This document shows, piece after piece, positions 61,289 to 64,000 of a stretch of DNA of 64,000 nt. Below the pieces are notes generated by a model, which did no database searches, was not told the origin of the DNA, and worked only from the letters and a program-made list of their open reading frames with translations. Numbering within the stretch: position 1 is the stretch's first letter; each line of letters starts with the position of its first letter. The stretch comes from Desulfatiglandales bacterium (lineage in GTDB: Bacteria; Desulfobacterota; DSM-4660; Desulfatiglandales; Desulfatiglandaceae). The position numbers and the translations under genes were made by a program. The DNA is taken from NCBI GenBank assembly GCA_963662465.1, contig OY759599.1, forward strand, positions 8,032,001 through 8,096,000. The letters are read 5' to 3'.

Positions 61289-62034
61289 TGTATAATTTGT
61301 TTAGGAGATAATTTTCTATAGCATTCTTTATGCAGAAATACTCCATTGTACACTTCTGAATAATCTTTTGAGTCTTTGTGAATAGGGCGCTTACATTTAG
61401 CACAGTCACCTATCTTGTTTTTTTCTATATCAGCATCTTCATTGATTTCTCCGATTTTAGATTTGTATATTTTATTGAAAGAGATTTTTCTTCTTTCGAT
61501 ATTCGCATAGTCACTTTGATAAAGATATTTGCCATATATCTCATCTAAGAATTGTTCAACAACTGGTTTGAAATCATCAGAGAGTTTGAATAGTTTTGTT
61601 TTTTTATAACTTCTTTTGCCATTTGGATGAATCATATTCCATGTTTCTCTTATAGCTTTATTCTCATTAGAGTCTTCATGCAATTCTTCAACAATATTCT
61701 TCGTTTCAAAGTGAAATAATAAATCTCTTAGGTCTTTGCCATAACCTAGATTGAAATGCATTGTTAGTTCCCAAAGGCTTGAGACTCCAACGTTATATAG
61801 GACATAAACTAATTTGCTTTTCGTTTTATCAAGGAATATAGAAAGGATATCTCTGAAGTTTCTTTCAAAATTCAGATTTATATTTTGATCATTATGGATT
61901 TCGAGTTTTGAGACAAAATCACAGATTACACATACCCTTCTCTGAAATTTGTTTTCAGTGGGTGTGATTGTTGCCACCTCTTTCAAATTTATCCGGCCTT
62001 GCAGAGAAATCAGTAATTTCTTCAGGATCAACAA
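61267..62034 (-). CDS. Hypothetical AT-rich protein, possible winged helix plus C-terminal CxxC...HxxC zinc finger
   Basis: Long ORF overlapping the mcm start; CAKC...HKEC; start uncertain. Confidence 0.7.
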   Translation of the reverse strand: MLILKKLLISLQGRINLKEVATITPTENKFQRRVCVICDFVSKLEIHNDQNINLNFERNFRDILSIFLDKTKSKLVYVLYNVGVSSLWELTMHFNLGYGKDLRDLLFHFETKNIVEELHEDSNENKAIRETWNMIHPNGKRSYKKTKLFKLSDDFKPVVEQFLDEIYGKYLYQSDYANIERRKISFNKIYKSKIGEINEDADIEKNKIGDCAKCKRPIHKDSKDYSEVYNGVFLHKECYRKLSPKQIIQWKPKNK

Positions 62035-62185
62035 GCCAAATGAAATTAGATCCTTTTATGAATAGTTTATTATCTGAAGTAATATTTTTTAGAATTCCGA
62101 TTGCTTTTCTTTTATTCTTTCTTTCAGCAACAACAAACATTCCTATAAAGTTTCTGTACTGCTCAACTAAACTATCATTTGTCAA
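61955..62185 (-). CDS. Small hypothetical protein (possible Sm/SH3-like beta barrel)
   Basis: GAGGTG SD before TTG; FIG..V.......GIL..I pattern. Confidence 0.55.
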   Translation of the reverse strand: MTNDSLVEQYRNFIGMFVVAERKNKRKAIGILKNITSDNKLFIKGSNFIWLVDPEEITDFSARPDKFERGGNNHTH

Positions 62186-62283
62186 ATATACACCTCTAAA
62201 CTTATCTTATCTAAAACAGTAAAATATATATACTCATTACCCTTAGAATTCACTAAGTTGCTCAATCTTAATGTTTGAGTGAT

Positions 62284-62472
62284 TTAGCCTTGTTCTTTCA
62301 GGGTGGGATCAAGACCAGGGCTGGGTGCTCTGGTCTGCTTTTTTTTAATATCATCTGGAATATCTACAGTTACTATACTTCCTATTTCAACAACATCATT
62401 ATACATTGGTGGGACAGAAATAAATTTTCTTGTGTTTCCATGTCTATCCTTTCCAGCTTTGATTGCCTTTGC
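62284..62472 (-). pseudogene. 5'-truncated small ORF (AbrB-like?)
   Basis: AKAIKAGKDRHGNTRKFISVPP...EIGSIVTV; frame begins right at the putative IS end. Confidence 0.4.
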
Positions 62473-62683
62473 CTATAGCGCTCAGATAAACTGGTACAGG
62501 TCTGCTCAGATAAATTGATACACCAATTTTTTTTGGATTTCCCTACCTCTAAAGATAAAAACCCTTTACAGAAAAAGATACCCCTCGTAATACCCTATAA
62601 TTTTGAGACCAATCAAAAAGAAAGAGGTATCACGAGGGTATGCCCAATTACATCAGTGACATAAGTGAGCAACTGGCTTTTTT

Positions 62684-63235
62684 ATAATAGAAATCCAAGG
62701 CCATTTTCAATTTATTTCTGGCTGGTACCGGGATGGAGAGGTCCGTGGTCTTGTTGCTCGCTATTATTTTGTTGTTCGCTCGGTTCTCAAGGAGAAACCC
62801 CACCTTAAAAACTGCCTGACTCGTTGCAAGCACTGCGGCATCTTTTTTATCACCCATCCCCGGAATGCCGGCCGAAATAATCTTGGTTGCCCCTTTGGCT
62901 GCCGGGAAGCTCACCGCCGAAAAAAATCCACGGAGAGAAGTACGGAGTATTACCGTAATAAAGAAGGCAAGGAAAAGAAAAAGGCCTTAAACGAGAATCG
63001 CGGCAAAAAGGACAGCCCCCCGAAAGAAAAACAGGCGGAAACAATAGATGATGAACGTGAAGTGGTTGATGGCATTGTTCATCATGTTCGGATGGTTACG
63101 AGCTTGATTGAAGGTCGTAATGTAAGCCTGGATGAAATTTATCGCATGCTGAACAATCCGATGAGACAACACAGCATCGACTCTGCGGAAAAATCGTTTT
63201 ATGGTGGCCCTGGCTCTCGAAAAACTCCCCCGTGA
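62684..63235 (+). CDS. Cys-rich (CxxC...CPFGC) protein without a canonical start codon
   Basis: Open frame ...CLTRCKHCGIFFITHPRNAGR..LGCPFGCREAHRR...; missed by the ORF track; start position is a guess (ATA). Confidence 0.6.
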   Translation: MIEIQGHFQFISGWYRDGEVRGLVARYYFVVRSVLKEKPHLKNCLTRCKHCGIFFITHPRNAGRNNLGCPFGCREAHRRKKSTERSTEYYRNKEGKEKKKALNENRGKKDSPPKEKQAETIDDEREVVDGIVHHVRMVTSLIEGRNVSLDEIYRMLNNPMRQHSIDSAEKSFYGGPGSRKTPP

Positions 63236-63244
63236 GGAAGCAAA

Positions 63245-64000
63245 ATGGTCGATCAGATAGAAATTTCCAGTTTTGATTTACGATATGAGGATTGCCGTTT
63301 GAAATCAGCAGGGACGGAAAGAGCCCTTTTGACCTCTGTGTCGGAAAACGGTATCCGGGATCCGCTCCAAGGGGTGGACATTGAAGACCACAAAATTTTG
63401 CTCGATGGCTTCAAAAGATACCGGTGCGCAAAGAAATTGCATATCGAGATTGTGCCTTATCGGTCGATGGGGCGCGATGAGGCGAGTGGCATCATTGATC
63501 TGATCCGGTTATCAAACACAAAATCCCTTAACATTCTGGAGCAGGCCCGTTTAATCGATGAACTGAAGCGAGGTCACCAGATGAGTCATTCAGATATCGC
63601 CGGACTGCTTGAAAAAAGCAAATCCTGGGTCAGCATGCGTTGCGGCATTATGGGTGAGATGAGTGAAACCGTGAAGAAAGAAGTTTTTGCCGGAAAATTT
63701 CCGGTCTATTCATTTATGTATACTCTGCGGGGGTTCATACGTATGAACACCGTTAAAAAAAGTGAAATTGATGAATTTGTTCGGTCCGTGTCAGGCAAAA
63801 AGCTGAGCATACGGGATATTGATCTGTTGGCAAATGGCTATTTCAAGGGTTCGGAGGAATTCCGGGAACAAATCAGAACCGGCAATCTTTCCTGGGGACT
63901 TGAGCGATTAAAACATCATAGCGCAATAAGCGATGGTCTGAGTAAGCGGGAAAAAACCCATTTGAAAACCCTCGAAACCATCTTGAGATACATACAGCGA
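63245..64000 (+). CDS. ParB N-terminal-domain/HTH protein, 3'-partial
   Basis: GAGGAAG SD; GIRDPL, LLDGFKRYRC, IAGLLEKSKSWVS; open to window end. Confidence 0.85.
   Translation, partial: MVDQIEISSFDLRYEDCRLKSAGTERALLTSVSENGIRDPLQGVDIEDHKILLDGFKRYRCAKKLHIEIVPYRSMGRDEASGIIDLIRLSNTKSLNILEQARLIDELKRGHQMSHSDIAGLLEKSKSWVSMRCGIMGEMSETVKKEVFAGKFPVYSFMYTLRGFIRMNTVKKSEIDEFVRSVSGKKLSIRDIDLLANGYFKGSEEFREQIRTGNLSWGLERLKHHSAISDGLSKREKTHLKTLETILRYIQR

Larger units (their letters stand above)
50119..64000. mobile_element. Genomic island integrated at the tmRNA 3' end; right boundary outside the window
   Basis: Integrase-excisionase-primase directly downstream of ssrA; accessory cargo follows; no second copy of the ssrA 3' end seen. 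Confidence 0.88.
62474..64000 (+). mobile_element. Left end of an IS21-like multi-gene transposable element
   Basis: Tandem 19-bp terminal repeats GCTCAGATAAA(C/T)TG(G/A)TACA at 62480 and 62504; interrupts an ORF; followed by Cys-rich and ParB-like genes. Transposase not in window. Confidence 0.6.

Noticed and set aside
50119..64000. Prophage or complete conjugative ICE
   Set aside because: No capsid, terminase, tail, relaxase or mating-pair genes visible in the window.

Overview
Bacterial chromosome window; gene content and the tmRNA tag suggest an anaerobic Deltaproteobacterium/Desulfobacterota. (1) 1-5.7 kb: end of a chemotaxis operon (mcp-cheW-cheR-cheB-cheD). (2) 6-38.6 kb: dense expansion of nine multi-PAS sensor histidine kinases interleaved with deletion-eroded gene remnants, a sigma54 promoter running into a (CT)34 tract, an Rpn/DUF4351 gene with an internal start, and a B12-binding protein-HK-RR module. 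(3) 38.7-49.5 kb: DEAD-box helicase, larA-iorA-iorB-dctQ-dctM operon, DUF3783, a signal-peptide-bearing hydratase homolog and an HD-GYP protein. (4) tmRNA (49765-50118), followed by an integrated element running off the window: tyrosine integrase, excisionase, AEP primase, three adjacent ORFs sharing an unnamed helical domain (one fused to a VirD4/TraD-like ATPase), an ORF-less group II intron relic, and an array of about 13 co-oriented TGACCCC/CGTCCCC motifs. The spacers of that array are unrelated gene fragments, a DUF1778-GNAT toxin-antitoxin pair and, directly after the last motif, an AT-rich ~1.9 kb block with a truncated archaeal (DPANN-like) MCM gene. An IS21-like ParB-encoding element interrupts that block at ~62474. 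The best candidate for an undescribed system is this motif-delimited foreign-DNA capture array. All family calls come from motif recognition by eye, not database searches.
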